NCBI GenBank assembly: GCA_030704615.1
Contig: CM060731.1
Location: forward strand, 83,204,001-83,268,000
Length of the DNA stretch: 64,000 bases
Direction of reading: 5' to 3'
Source of the DNA: Takakia lepidozioides
Lineage: Eukaryota > Plantae > Bryophyta
How positions within the stretch are numbered: the stretch's first letter is position 1; the number at the start of each line of letters is the position of its first letter. The notes beneath the pieces are model-generated. The model worked only from the letters and a program-made list of their open reading frames with translations, was not told where the DNA came from and did no database searches. The translations under genes and the position numbers were made by a program. Positions 26,465-38,159 of this stretch are shown piece by piece.

Positions 26465-27620
26465 ACTAGAAATTCGGCACCATTTTCCCAGGTTGGGGCG
26501 GAACTGACTCGGCCTGGAACCGGCAAAAATGGCGCCGAATTTCGGTTTTCGGTGCCAGCCACCCTAGGGTCTTAGCCATTTTGGGAGCATGAACTGGAAA
26601 TTCGGCGCCATTTTCCCAGGTCCAGGCCAAAAATGGCTAAGTCCCAGAACTGACTAGGCCTGGAACTGGAAAAATGGCGCCGAATTTCGGCTTTTGGTGC
26701 CAGCCACCCTAGGGACTTAGCCATTTTGGGAGCCCTGAACTGGAAATTCGGCGCCATTTTCCTAGGTCCGGCCCGGAAATTGCTAAGTCCCAGAACTGAC
26801 TGGGCCTGGAACTGGAAAAATGGCGCCGAATTTCGGCTTTCGGTGCCAGCCACCCTAGGGTCTTAGCCATTTTGGGAGCATGATCTGGAAATTCGGCGCC
26901 ATTTTCCCAGGTCCGGGCCGGAAATGGCTAAGTCCCAGTACTGACTGGGCCTGGAACTGGAAAAATGGCGCCGAATTTCGGCTTTCGGTGCCAGCCACCC
27001 TAGGGACTTAGCCATTTTGGGAGCCCTGAACTGGAAATTCGGCGCCATTTTCCCAGGTCCGGCCCGGAAATGGCTAAGTCCCAGAACTGACTGGGCCTGC
27101 AACTGGAAAAATGGCGCCGAATTTCGGCTTTCGGTGCCAGCCACCCTAGGGTCTTAGCCATTTTGGGAGCATGATCTGGAAATTCGGCGCCATTTTCCCA
27201 GGTCCGGGCCGGAAATGGCCAAGTCCCAGAACTGACTGGGCCTGGAACTGGAAAAATGGCGCCGAATTTCGGCTTTCGGTGCCAGCCACCCTAGGGACTT
27301 GGCCATTTTGGTCCTGGAATTTGGAAAATGGCGCCGAATTTCAAGTTCAGGGCTCCCAAAATGGCTAAGTCCCAGAACTGACTCGGCCTGGAACCGGAAA
27401 AATGGCGCCGAATTTCGGTTTTTGGTGCCAGCCACCCTAGGGACTTGAACTTAAAATTCGGCGCCATTTTCCAAGTTCCGGGCCAAAAATGGCTAAGTCT
27501 CAGAACTGACTGGGCCTGCAATTGGAAAAATGGCGCCGAATTTCGGTTTTCGGTGCCAGCCACCCTAGGGACTTGGCCATTTTGGGAGCCCTTAACTGAA
27601 AATTCGGCGCCATTTTTCCA
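26465..27620. repeat. Intronic tandem array: 291-bp higher-order unit made of four 72-74-bp subunits with the GGCGCC motif in alternating orientation
   Basis: Cores at 26476, 26531, 26604, 26676, 26750, 26822, 26895, 26967 and onward. The repeated spurious ORFs at 26572, 26863 and 27154 are 291 bp apart. Confidence 0.95.
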
Positions 27621-28314
27621 AGGACTTCTTCACAAGTAATTTCCATGCGCCAGATGAGGCCTCTAACATCCTGAAATGTAAGGACTTGAAAGGAAGGCAT
27701 CGCGTATGTACCTGTACAGAAGGCGCATTGCTGCTTTGTCAGCGTTCGGCTGGTCGGTGAACTCGTGGCTCCGGCGGGCATGGGGTATCTCCCGAAAGAA
27801 TAGGTCGGTTTTGTACAGCAGAAAGTACCTCGTTACATAGTTGCGTAGGTTCTCTGCTGCACCAGAAATCTCCAGCTTGAATTGATGTGCTTGTGTGTCC
27901 AGCTGCTCTTGCGCATTCGTTGTCACCTGTGGAGATTCTCCATCAGATCGCTTTCCTCAAAAAATACAAAAAATCCACCCCCTACAAGAGTAGAAGCGCC
28001 AAATGAAGCGTGGGGAAGTACCTGAAACCACCATGTCATGCGGTTCATCCACATGTTGAATGTGGGGTCAGACAGTTTGTCGGGTTTGGGGAAGCTCCAC
28101 ATGTCCCTTGTACTTTGGGAACCATTCCAGATTTGGAGCCACCGGGTCTATCCGAGGTTTACTATTTCATGAGCCTATGAGCCCATGAGCCTATGAGCCT
28201 ATGAGCTCATGAGCGGGCATCCGCGGAATTGGAATTTTCCTGCCTTTATTGACGGTGTTATGTCCTCTTACCTCGGTAATAGGGTCTGTTTCTCCTGGTC
28301 CAGGATGCGGAATG

Positions 28315-28600
28315 AGGAATTTTGGCGCCGTTATTCCCAAGAGCAGTGTGCTAAAATGGTGTTTTGAAGACATCCACCGGGGTATTTCGGCACCGAAATT
28401 ACCTCTTAAAATGTGATATAGTGTGGTATTTAAAGGCGCAGAACGGGCAATTTCGGCGCCGAAATACCCAAGTGGAATGTGGTGAAGTGCCTTGTGCTGA
28501 AGGCTTCCATCGCAATATTTTGGTGCAGTAATTCATCCGTGGAATTTTTGAGGCCCATATAACGAAGGCGCAAACTGGGCTATTTCGGCGCCAAATTTCC
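28315..28600. repeat. Left subterminal array of the element B palindrome, period about 65-67 bp
   Basis: Cores at 28324, 28389, 28455, 28522 and 28587. Confidence 0.8.
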
Positions 28601-28844
28601 GAATAGGAATGTTAGAAACGGCAGGGTTTTCATGGCTTCAAGTTCCCGGCTCGATGGTGTGCATAAATTACTTGTAGGGTTCTTCACTGAAGTTTGCGTC
28701 TCTTCTGCTTTTATTATAGATTTTGGTTGGCGGAAGAAATGTAGGGAATGGACAAGAAGTCTGAACACAATGATTTTTCAAATCGTCAATATTTTCATTA
28801 AGTGTTTCAGAACTGTACAACAAAAGGATCCAAATGAGACTTTG

Positions 28845-31800
28845 CTATGGTGAGGATCCGCTATCACTGTCCGATGCATCCCCGCCCTCATGCAAGGATG
28901 GCTGCCTTCCACCTGCCTCCGAACCTGCACTGCCGCTACCGCTGTTACTCTGAGAAGCCCTCCCCTCAAAAATACCATCCTCACCAGCCGGAACTGTCCA
29001 CCTGGGTGCGGAAGTGTCCTCAACATTCCCCTCGCTCTCGGACGCGGATTCTATTACGAACTTCCCTACTCTGCCTTTCACAATTCTATGTTTGGCCTCA
29101 CGCCTCATTATAATTCTCTGCTCATTCCCGTATGTCAATTGCTCTAACCGAGTAGGCCTATCCTCCCTCCTGATGGCTTCTTTGGCAGCCGTGTCTGCAT
29201 AGGCTGGTAGAAAAAAGGGCTTCTGGGGACTCGCGAAAAACGATTTTCTGGCAAAGAATGGCCGATGCAATTCTGTCTCCTCCTCTGCAACAGGGTCCGA
29301 TTCGAGCAAGTCTCCCAGCTTCTCCTCGTCGGACGACTCTGCAAGGCTGAGTGTACGCACAAACATAGAATGAAGTACATTAGAGAATTCAAACAGGGAA
29401 TCATCGGCAGGTTGCATGGTCCCTACAACCGAAACCAATACACTTACTATGGTGCAACTCACTCGAAGACATGCATTGGGGGAAGCGGCTTCGGGCGCCC
29501 CTGCATCGAACGAATTTCCCGGACTTCCTCCTCTCCTTCCACGTCCTCTTCTGCGTTTTTGGGATCCTCAGTCGGAGGCAGACGCTGAAGGCCCGCCAAA
29601 TTGTAATCGTACAAGGCCGTATCCCCCTCAAATGAGAACACAAATCGGTTCGACATCCTTCCCGCCCACATACAGGCACCTGCGAATTCATACGACACAA
29701 CCACAGCCAAACTCAAGAATGAGTCGCTTCCTCGCACAAGCAAACATACAGAAACGGAAATGGTGTCAATTTCGGTGCCGCATTCAATTAACGTTCTCAC
29801 CTGTATTTGCAGTGACGTCAAGGACCCTGCCTTCAACATCCGTACACGTTTCCATGAGCGTCTGGATGAATGCAGGACTCCTGGTCCTGCCATACCTCCA
29901 TGGCTTGCCCGACAAATCACAAAGAATGTCCTTCTCTCCCACATGGTTGAACAAGACGTTATACTCCAGTGGATCAACTGTGGAATCAACAAGTCTTCCT
30001 GCTTCACGTAATTTGAATTTCGAATGTTCCTTCACGAAGCAAAATGCCTGAAAGATAAAAGTCTGCAGAGAAGGAAATGAAAACGTCAGAGGTGGCCTAC
30101 ACGTACAGGGGCAATTTCGGCGCAGAAATTGACATAGCAGAGGAGAACCACTGCATACCTTCTGGCCATCGTTGAGAAGACCCTGCGTGTTGATGCAAGT
30201 CCAGATCTTTTTCAGGATGGGTGCTGCACTTCTCCCCGTCCATACTTTGATATCATTCTCAGTGACTTCTCCATCGGATGCTAGCACAACAACACAGCCA
30301 ACGTCGTCCAACGTGTTGGCTGCGAACCCGAATGTGTGGCTCCAGTATCTTTCGTCGTACTTGTTCCACCAGGGAACTGAGCCCAGCCCCAGTATCTCCT
30401 GCCCATCCGGGATATCCACAAGGATCATGTCGATGGAGGCTTTCACCGCCCTGCCCCCGACTGTGCTCTTTTTGCCGTGGCTCATCGCCACAAAATACTC
30501 CATCATCTTTGTGTAGCCAAGAGTGTCCTCCATATCATTGCCAGTGGCCTTCCTCTTCCCCTTCCCCTGGTGGGCCTCGATCGCCTTCCTCAATCTCGTT
30601 ATCTCCAGCCTTCTGGTCAGAGCAGTTAGGAAATTTTCATTAACACACTCCACAATTGTGGGTGTTTTGAGGACTTCCCTGCCCGCAATGTGCACCGCAC
30701 GGTAGGGTCTGCCAGGTGCATCCTCGTATAGTGATCTCTTCGCAGCCGACCCCCCGGAGCGCTGGCCCTTGTGAATTTTCGGACGAGGTGTGGCCCCCTG
30801 GGTGTTTTCCTGCTGGAAATCGTCGTCGGAATCCTCCTCATCTGGCTGACTGTGTTGCTGCTTCTTCTTCTTGGGTGTGGGGGTCTTCGTCTCTTGCCCC
30901 TGTTTGTGCGTTCTTTTCTTCCTGTCCTTGGGCTACTCAGCTGCCTGCTTCTCCATCTGCTCCTTCGCCAACGCTGCCGCCTTGGCTGACTTTCTCAGTG
31001 CTTTCTGCTTGGCTGCCTCCTCTGCTTTCAGTCTTTCCGCGTCCTCTGGTTGGGGATCCGATTGCGCCTTCATAGCCCTGGCATTCGCTTCCTTCTTCAA
31101 GTTAACCTCCGAGAGGTCAACGGTCCCACTTGGGAGATCCACATACCAGGGGCAGTCTACCAAATGCTCGGCATGCCACTCCTTCGCCATTACTTCTGTG
31201 TACATCGTTCCACGACCTCCAGGTGTCCTCCACGCCAGGAAGAATGGTGGAACCCTTTGAATGGCTCCGGACGGAATGAGTGCAAAGTTTATGTACCTGC
31301 AATCACGAGGCAGTTCAACAAAAATCATTTTACCGATGCATCATGCAAGTGGAAGTTGTCAATGCACAAGGTATTTCGGCACCGAAATACGGAGTGGACC
31401 GTGCCCCAATTACCCAGAACTCACATCTTGCAGAGGTATATTTCGGCGCCGCAATATCCATCGCTGCTTAACCAAATCATCTAAACTGCAAATAGGGGGA
31501 TGCATTGTCAGCAGATTACCTGAACAGGACACGCATTGCCGCTTTGTCGGCACCCTCCTGCTCTTCGATGTATACGCTGCGTCTTGCCTTTGCAATTTCT
31601 CTGAAAAAGAGGTTTGCGAAGCGCCCTTGCCACGACTGCACATAGTTCTCCATTGTCTCAGGCTTCGTCCAGTCGATCTGTAACTTGAAAGTGGTGGTGT
31701 TGCAGTCCAATTGCTCCTGGGCGTGGGTCAGTACCTGCATCATGGCAGGTTTCCAAAACATTCATGATTTTGAAATTGCGACGATGTCCAACACAGAATA

Positions 31801-33950
31801 TGAGAAAATTATACCTGATGCCACCAAGTCATGACATTGAGCCAGTCGTTCATTTTGTCGTCTGTTGGCTCGATGGGAAAGTGGTACAGCAGCTTCGTGT
31901 TTGTATGGCCGTTCCAGATTCGCAGCCACCTCGTCTGCAGCCACCTCACATCGGTCAGACAAGAACTCCAACATAAGAATCGCGAGAAGTCACAAAACAA
32001 GAATAAACACATGCTTACCTTCTCCGCCGGCTCAACACAGGACACTGCGATGTGATGAAGTTTCTCCATGGACATTTCCGGTTTCATGGGTCTGGAGTAA
32101 TGCAGTCCTATCTCCGCCAGGAACTCGGCACCAAGACCAGGGTCAGCGATTGCAACTTGCTTAACAAGTTTGGACCTGTACTTGGTCCGGGATTGCTTCC
32201 CTGCCTGCACAATATGACTCTCTATCGACGCGTCCGCCTTGTTGGGGGCATCATTCTCAAAGAACTGCCTTTTGGCATAGGCCAAGTCATCCCTGATGTT
32301 CGTCTGCATTCCCATACCCAGCAGATACAGTCAGGCCACGGATCCCTGCAACAAATAACATTAAATTGATACTGAAATTTGAGATGAACCTCACCGAATA
32401 GAGGATCTCCACCATGGCGTCCAGTGTTGGTCGGTACCAGGTGCGATCTGCTTTCGCTAGGGACTTCCTGTACAGCTCGGGATCGAGGGACTTTTGGAAG
32501 TCCGTCAGCGGAGCTGTCCCCACTTCTTGCACTCTGTAGAGCGTATGTGCCAGATGAGTTTCCACGAAGGCCCTCTCTGTTACCCTGCCATGGAGAAAAA
32601 AAACAACATGAAAATATGATTTCGGCACAGCAATCCAATTTCCAGTTCATAGAGTGCATGACAGTGGTGAACATTGCCTATTTCGGCGCCGCAATAGGCA
32701 GTACACAAGGATGTAATTGTATACTTACAGATTTATATCCGCCATGGCACCCTTCAACAGTCCTCTGTCCCTGACGTCCACCTTCACGACAATGCAGTCC
32801 ACCATGTAATGCCAACTGATATCTTGCGGATGCATTTCAGCAATGTACTCTGTCCAGGCAAGCATCCTGTGGTTCCCGTCCCAAACGAAGAACATCTTCC
32901 CTTCCATGTGTGCGAATGTGGGATTAGTCTTCAGATAGGCTTCAAACTCGGCATTAACAGTGTGCCAGTGGGGGCCCCAATTCTGAAGCTCCTCTGCAGT
33001 GGGGCCCCTTGTGACACCCTGGTCATTCTCAATGGAAACGTAGAATGCTGCCGACCCCCGTCTGTACCCTTCTCTGAAGTTGTGCTTCAGTCGATCGATA
33101 TCCCCTGGCAGTGCTTGCCTTACAACTGGAAGGCTTACCATGCGACACAAAGGAACTTTGAGGTTCTCCGGATACACCATGGAACCCAAAACGCGGCCTA
33201 TGTTGCTATGAGTCTCTGCCAGCAACCTGTTTGCTGCTATGTTCATGTCTCGTGCGCTCATGAGCATACCCGCCACCAGTTTCTTACTTGTATCACCTCT
33301 GTCACTTCCCTCACCCCTCTCACCAGCCTGTGTACTGTCCTGGAGGTTTTGCTCCTCCGCAAGCTCCAGCAGGTTCTGATCGTCGCCAAGTCGTACCACA
33401 TTATCGTCCTCTCCTTCTGTCAGTTGAATGGGCCGCCCTTCTGCAGATCCGACTCCCACATCTCCAGCGGCCTCCACCGCATCTGTGTTTTCTGAAATTG
33501 ACTGCAAACCCAATATCTCCGCTTCCAGTCTCCCTAGGGGTTTTACTGGCGAAGCCATGGGCTCCTTCTGCTTTCTCGGCTTCCGAACTCTAGGTGGGCT
33601 TTTCGGAGGCGATATCTGAGGTGTTGAATGAGGACTCGTCTGCCTCGATGCACTTCCACCTTGTGAGCACAGCACCCGGGCAGGAGTATCCAAAGTTGAC
33701 TGTGTTGCCTCGCCCCCCTGCGATCCCTCCCCAGCTCCCATGTCAAACAAACAGGAAAACATGAGACACTGCACGCCAAAAAAAGGTGTAAAATGAATAT
33801 TGCGTATGGAGTGCTTCACATCCGCGAAGCACGAATCTCTCACTGGTGGGCGATCCGAGTCTCCGGATAACGAGGTCTGCATTTCATGCATGAGACGGAG
33901 CTTAAGTCGTGTCGTCGGCGGCTTCCCAAAATCCCGCGTCCTCCTCTTTG
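28845..33950 (-). pseudogene. ParB/Srx-like plus beta-class N4/N6 DNA methyltransferase-like spliced gene, copy B (at least two in-frame stops)
   Basis: FFVWDGNHRMLAW (about 32866-32880), DMILVDIPDG (about 30402-30431), RSPAFIQTLMETCTDVEGRVLDVTANTG (about 29802-29880) and GACMWAGRMSNRFVFSFEGD. GT-AG introns lie at the same protein positions as in copy A. The start exon is uncertain. Confidence 0.82.
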
Positions 33951-34249
33951 CCGGAGTCGCCTGACCTTCCACAAACTCTATGCTACCACTATGCCGCATA
34001 AAGAGAGGAAACGCAGGAGAACGTCCCTGCAGAAGGGCAAGGAGCGAGAGAGCGAAGCGGTGGAACATGCAACCACTATGCACGAGCAGATGCGTAAGCA
34101 GCCACGTCTCCCGAAGCGTTGCCACCGTCCAACACTTTTTGCCGTATGGGTGATGAAGAGATTGTGACCCCTGACATGTTCGCACGGATGAAGTCGACTG
34201 GAACACGACGCGTGCCAGTTCCAGCCACCAGTACAAGACGGTTTATCCG

Positions 34250-36000
34250 AATTGCGGCACCGAAATACCTTCCGTACACCGGATGCTGTTCCCGGAGCAG
34301 CCGGCATTGAATGAAATATCCGCACATCATGAAACCCAACCGCCAAGAAAACCCCCTGCCTATGACATTCAACAGTCAGATCCGTACGTTTCAACAGCGG
34401 ACGGATGAATTTCGGCGCCGAAATTCATCCTATTCAAGTGCTTTCATACGCAAACTTATGAATTTCGGCGCCGCAATTCATCGCTTCCGAAGTCCTCATC
34501 CGTCATGAGCAAACCTGTCAGTGGGATATCGGAGCCGGAATTAATTCCGGGACAGTGAAAACGGTTGCACTTGGGCACATTTCATCCATATTTCGGCGCC
34601 GAAATTCATTACGAATATCTCCGTCCGCGCGTAGACGAGGTGAAATCATCATTATTTCGGCGCCGAAATTCATCCAGAGCGAAGAATAAATTGGCACCAT
34701 GCTACGCTTTGCCGCCATCATTGCCCCTGACGGATGCTGTCCATGCCTGTTGGACTTGCCATTTGTGGACATTTAACTATAATTTCGGCGCCGAAATTAT
34801 ATTTTATGTGCGGCAACGTCCCGTGCGAAAAAGACCACTTAATGGATACTGTCGGTTTCAAATGAAATAAAACGGCTAAAATGCAATTAATTTTGACAGA
34901 AGTGGTTTAATATGCCGATTTCTCCATTAAATGCAGAATATTCCTGTTATATTCGTCGGAACGGGGTATTTCCAACGATTTACGGAAAATTATCATCCAA
35001 AAGCAAAAAGTAAGTGCCGGGTTTGGACGAATTTCGGCGCCGAAATTCATCCGTCGCATAGAAAATGTAATATTAGAGTTACTCATTGCGGACAGTAAGG
35101 ATGAATTTCGGCGCCGAAATTGATCCATTTCAAAGAAAAATAAATATTGGAGGGAGGGCATTGGATGAATTTCGGCGCCGAAATCCGGCGCTCAAACCCT
35201 GAAAAGAATTTGGAGGAATGAAGTCGGCTGAATTTCGGCGCCGAAATTCATTGCTCACGAAGAAAAATAAAAAAATTCGGGAGGACTTCGGATGAATTTC
35301 GGTGCCGAAATTCATTGCTCGCGAAGGAAAATAAAAAATTTCGGGAGGACGTGGAATGAATTTTGGCGCCGAAATTCAATGCTCGGGAAGAAAAAAAGAA
35401 AATCGGGATGATTTCGGTTGAATTTCGGCGCCGAAATTCATTGCTCGCGAAGAAAAAGGAAAATTAAAAGGGAGTACTTGGATGAGATTCGGCGCCAAAG
35501 TTCATCTGTCGCAAACGAAAAATAAAAACAGAAAGGACTTCCGATGAATTCTGGCACCGAAATCCATCCGCAGGGCAGCAGAATTAGGGTCGGAAAAGGA
35601 GATGAAGAATGAATTTCGGCGCCGAAATACATCCATTCTGCCGATTCAGGATTACTGTCATTCGGAAGTCGGCACCGATATCCGGACACGTGGTCAATCA
35701 CGACTGTAATCAGGAACACATTCATCCGTATTTTGGCATCTAAATTCAACCCATATGTGCAGATACAATTTAATGAAGAAGAAGTTCATCCGAATTTCGG
35801 CACCGAAATCCATCCGTTGGGTGCTTGGTCAGTTTAATGAGGTAAACAAATTACGATTTCTGTTACCAGAATTCATCCCTTGGCTTCCAAAGCTGTTACA
35901 TGACAGAGATGTTCATCCAGATTTCGGTGCCGAAATTCATGGGAAGGCCTGATTTATTGTACCCCAAGTGGTTGTACATTACAATTCAGGCACCAAATAT
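34250..36000. repeat. Array of about 23 copies of the palindrome (ATG)AATTTCGGCGCCGAAATT(CAT) between the divergent genes
   Basis: Cores at 34256, 34414, 34467, 34531, 34595, 34659, 34787, 35036, 35110, 35174, 35237, 35301, 35365, 35427, 35491, 35553, 35618, 35671, 35735, 35799, 35862, 35926 and 35989. Confidence 0.95.
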
Positions 36001-36188
36001 CCGATGTGAACTTGCTGTTTTCGTCCGTTTTTTTAACGTACGTTACACACCTTCATCTTTACGTGCACTGATCACCCATCCTGTTGGATACGGAATCCTC
36101 CAGAAAATCATTTGTGTTATTAGGTAGGACACACTCTTCTCATTGCAGGACTTCGCTGCGGAGCGTACCGAGAGGTCCCGTCTTCAAA

Positions 36189-38159
36189 ATGGACTCCCGT
36201 GTTTGGGTCAACGTGTACTTCCATCCTGATTCTCTGAAAGCTAAAATACCCTGCGACCAAGGATTTGCGATTGTCACTGAGCAGTACTTGTGTGTGAAGT
36301 TCGGGCTCCGCCCTGGAACGGTGTTTTTGGAAGAGGAGACGAAGGATGCTTATGGAAATTTTCTGGAAAGTGCCGTCATTCTGCATGCAGATTTCGGAAA
36401 AGGCAAAGAGTGGCGGCTCCCAGCTTCTGAATCCATCCGGTACAGTGCCATTGGTGAAATCGTGCCTAAAGAGTTCCCACGCTGGAACTTGGTTGATCCT
36501 CCTTCCACAAGAGGGTCTGGCGTGCAAGATGTGAAGGATGTGGGCACCTCTTCACAAACAGAGAAGCCCAAACATGTGAAAAGGGAAATCCAGGAAAACA
36601 GGGAAACAGTCGTCCACGACTTATCCAGTGACGATGAAGACTGTATGGTCCTTCCATCGTATGTTTCAAAGTCGTCCGTCACTAGGAGTGTTCAGCATAC
36701 ACCGTCCGACTCAACTTCCGTCCGCTCAGTAATCGACATATTGCGGAGGATGAAGACAACGGGTTCCCGCTCCAGTGACCTTCTTAGGCTTGATTACGAC
36801 AAAACTCCAATCCATTCTGTGGAAACTTTGCCTGATGTTGTGGATGGGAATGCTATCTACGAGTTCCCTCCAGTGCCGGCAGGCGCAGGCCCAGACGGCA
36901 TGCTCGCAGGAATGAACAGGAAACATGACGGCCACCCTTGGTGTGTCACCAAAACTTCATCGTCCAACCTGGGTGATGGAGTTCGAGTGAGATATGTATT
37001 GTGTGCTGGGCATCTTAAATGTTTCTCGAGCACATGTTACCATTACACTAGCAAAGGCACCAGGAATGAGACTGACTGGATTGGCAATTCGTCGACCCCA
37101 TTTTGGCCTCAAGGTAGAGTTCCTGCAGGGACGTTCAAGTGTGCCCATTGCAACGCAGCCCCTACGTGCATGGCAGTGTGCAACGCCAAGTAGTACTACG
37201 TCGGGACCGTCGGCCCAGCGTGCACCAGAGCATGCATTCACATCGGAAAGCATGAGCACCCCCTCGCCAGAGGCAATTGCAGAGTCGCTTTTCAACAAGC
37301 CCAGGATATTATCAAGGAGGAGGTGAGGTTGAGGCCGGGTGCAAAACCAAAGCAGATACAGCTCGCATCGGCACATAGGATTGCAATTGGCAGAATAATG
37401 TCGGAGGACGGAAGCACAAGAGAGAAGCTGGGCGAGGGGGACATGAAGGACCTGCTGGAAGCTGTCTCCCATGTGTGCAGCCCCAATGTCAGGAACCACA
37501 TTGTCAGCTGCAAGAAACGAATCGGAAGAGGATCAGACATGCACTCCATCTTGGAAGTGAAGCGCACATGCGGCTACGACTTCATCCAAGGCAGCTTCTT
37601 TCCTGGTCAAGGCTCGGAGACGGACAGGTGCTTCATATTTAAGATGTCAACGTGTGGACCGGGGAGCGGCGTCGATTTGGTGAAGCGGATGACCAGTGGA
37701 GACCTTTCAAATTGTTGGGTCATGTTCGACCACATCCGGCAAATTACCAACCACGATTGGGTGACAATGGGGGCACATGTATACGACCCACATTGCAAAA
37801 AGTTGATGACCATTGCTATCTGCGAAATGAAGGGAGAAGACACAGATTCGGAGTTGCATATGTGGCGCGGAATTAATGAGCAAATGGCGAGAGCCAAGTT
37901 GCCCCCTCCCGATTTTAGGGGCTTCATGGCTGACAATGCCCAGGCAAACTGGGCTGCAGTTAGGAGGGTATATGGGGACGACCCAAAGACTCCAATGGAA
38001 GGAAAGGAGAGATCTTGCGGGTTCCACTTCATGCAGAGTTTGACGCAAAACACGAAAAGGTTCGTGGCGTCACGCCACCGGCAGGATCATATCAGTATGT
38101 GCCTAGCGTGGAAAAATGCGAATTCAACAATTCCAGCGATACAGCAACGCTGTGCGTGA
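36189..38159 (+). pseudogene. MULE transposase of element B; in-frame stop at 37191-37193, truncated before the catalytic Glu and SWIM
   Basis: DGHPWCVTKT...CAHC...RACIHIGKHEH, WVMFDH, GFMADNAQANW and CGFHF are colinear with transposase A. Confidence 0.92.

Noticed and set aside
26572-27781. Repeated 93-aa ORFs (MAGTESRNSAPFF...) and similar ORFs at 10638-11417
   Set aside because: These are translations of tandem arrays, open in several frames on both strands; the 26.5-27.6 kb array is intronic.
28845-33950. Bacterial or phage contamination explaining ParB-MTase
   Set aside because: The gene has GT-AG introns conserved between two copies and sits between TIRs with a TSD in contiguous plant sequence.
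35030-36000. CRISPR-like look: about 24-bp palindromic repeats with about 40-bp spacers
   Set aside because: Eukaryotic TE context, no cas genes, degenerate repeats also scattered in introns, and several neighbouring spacers are related by tandem duplication.
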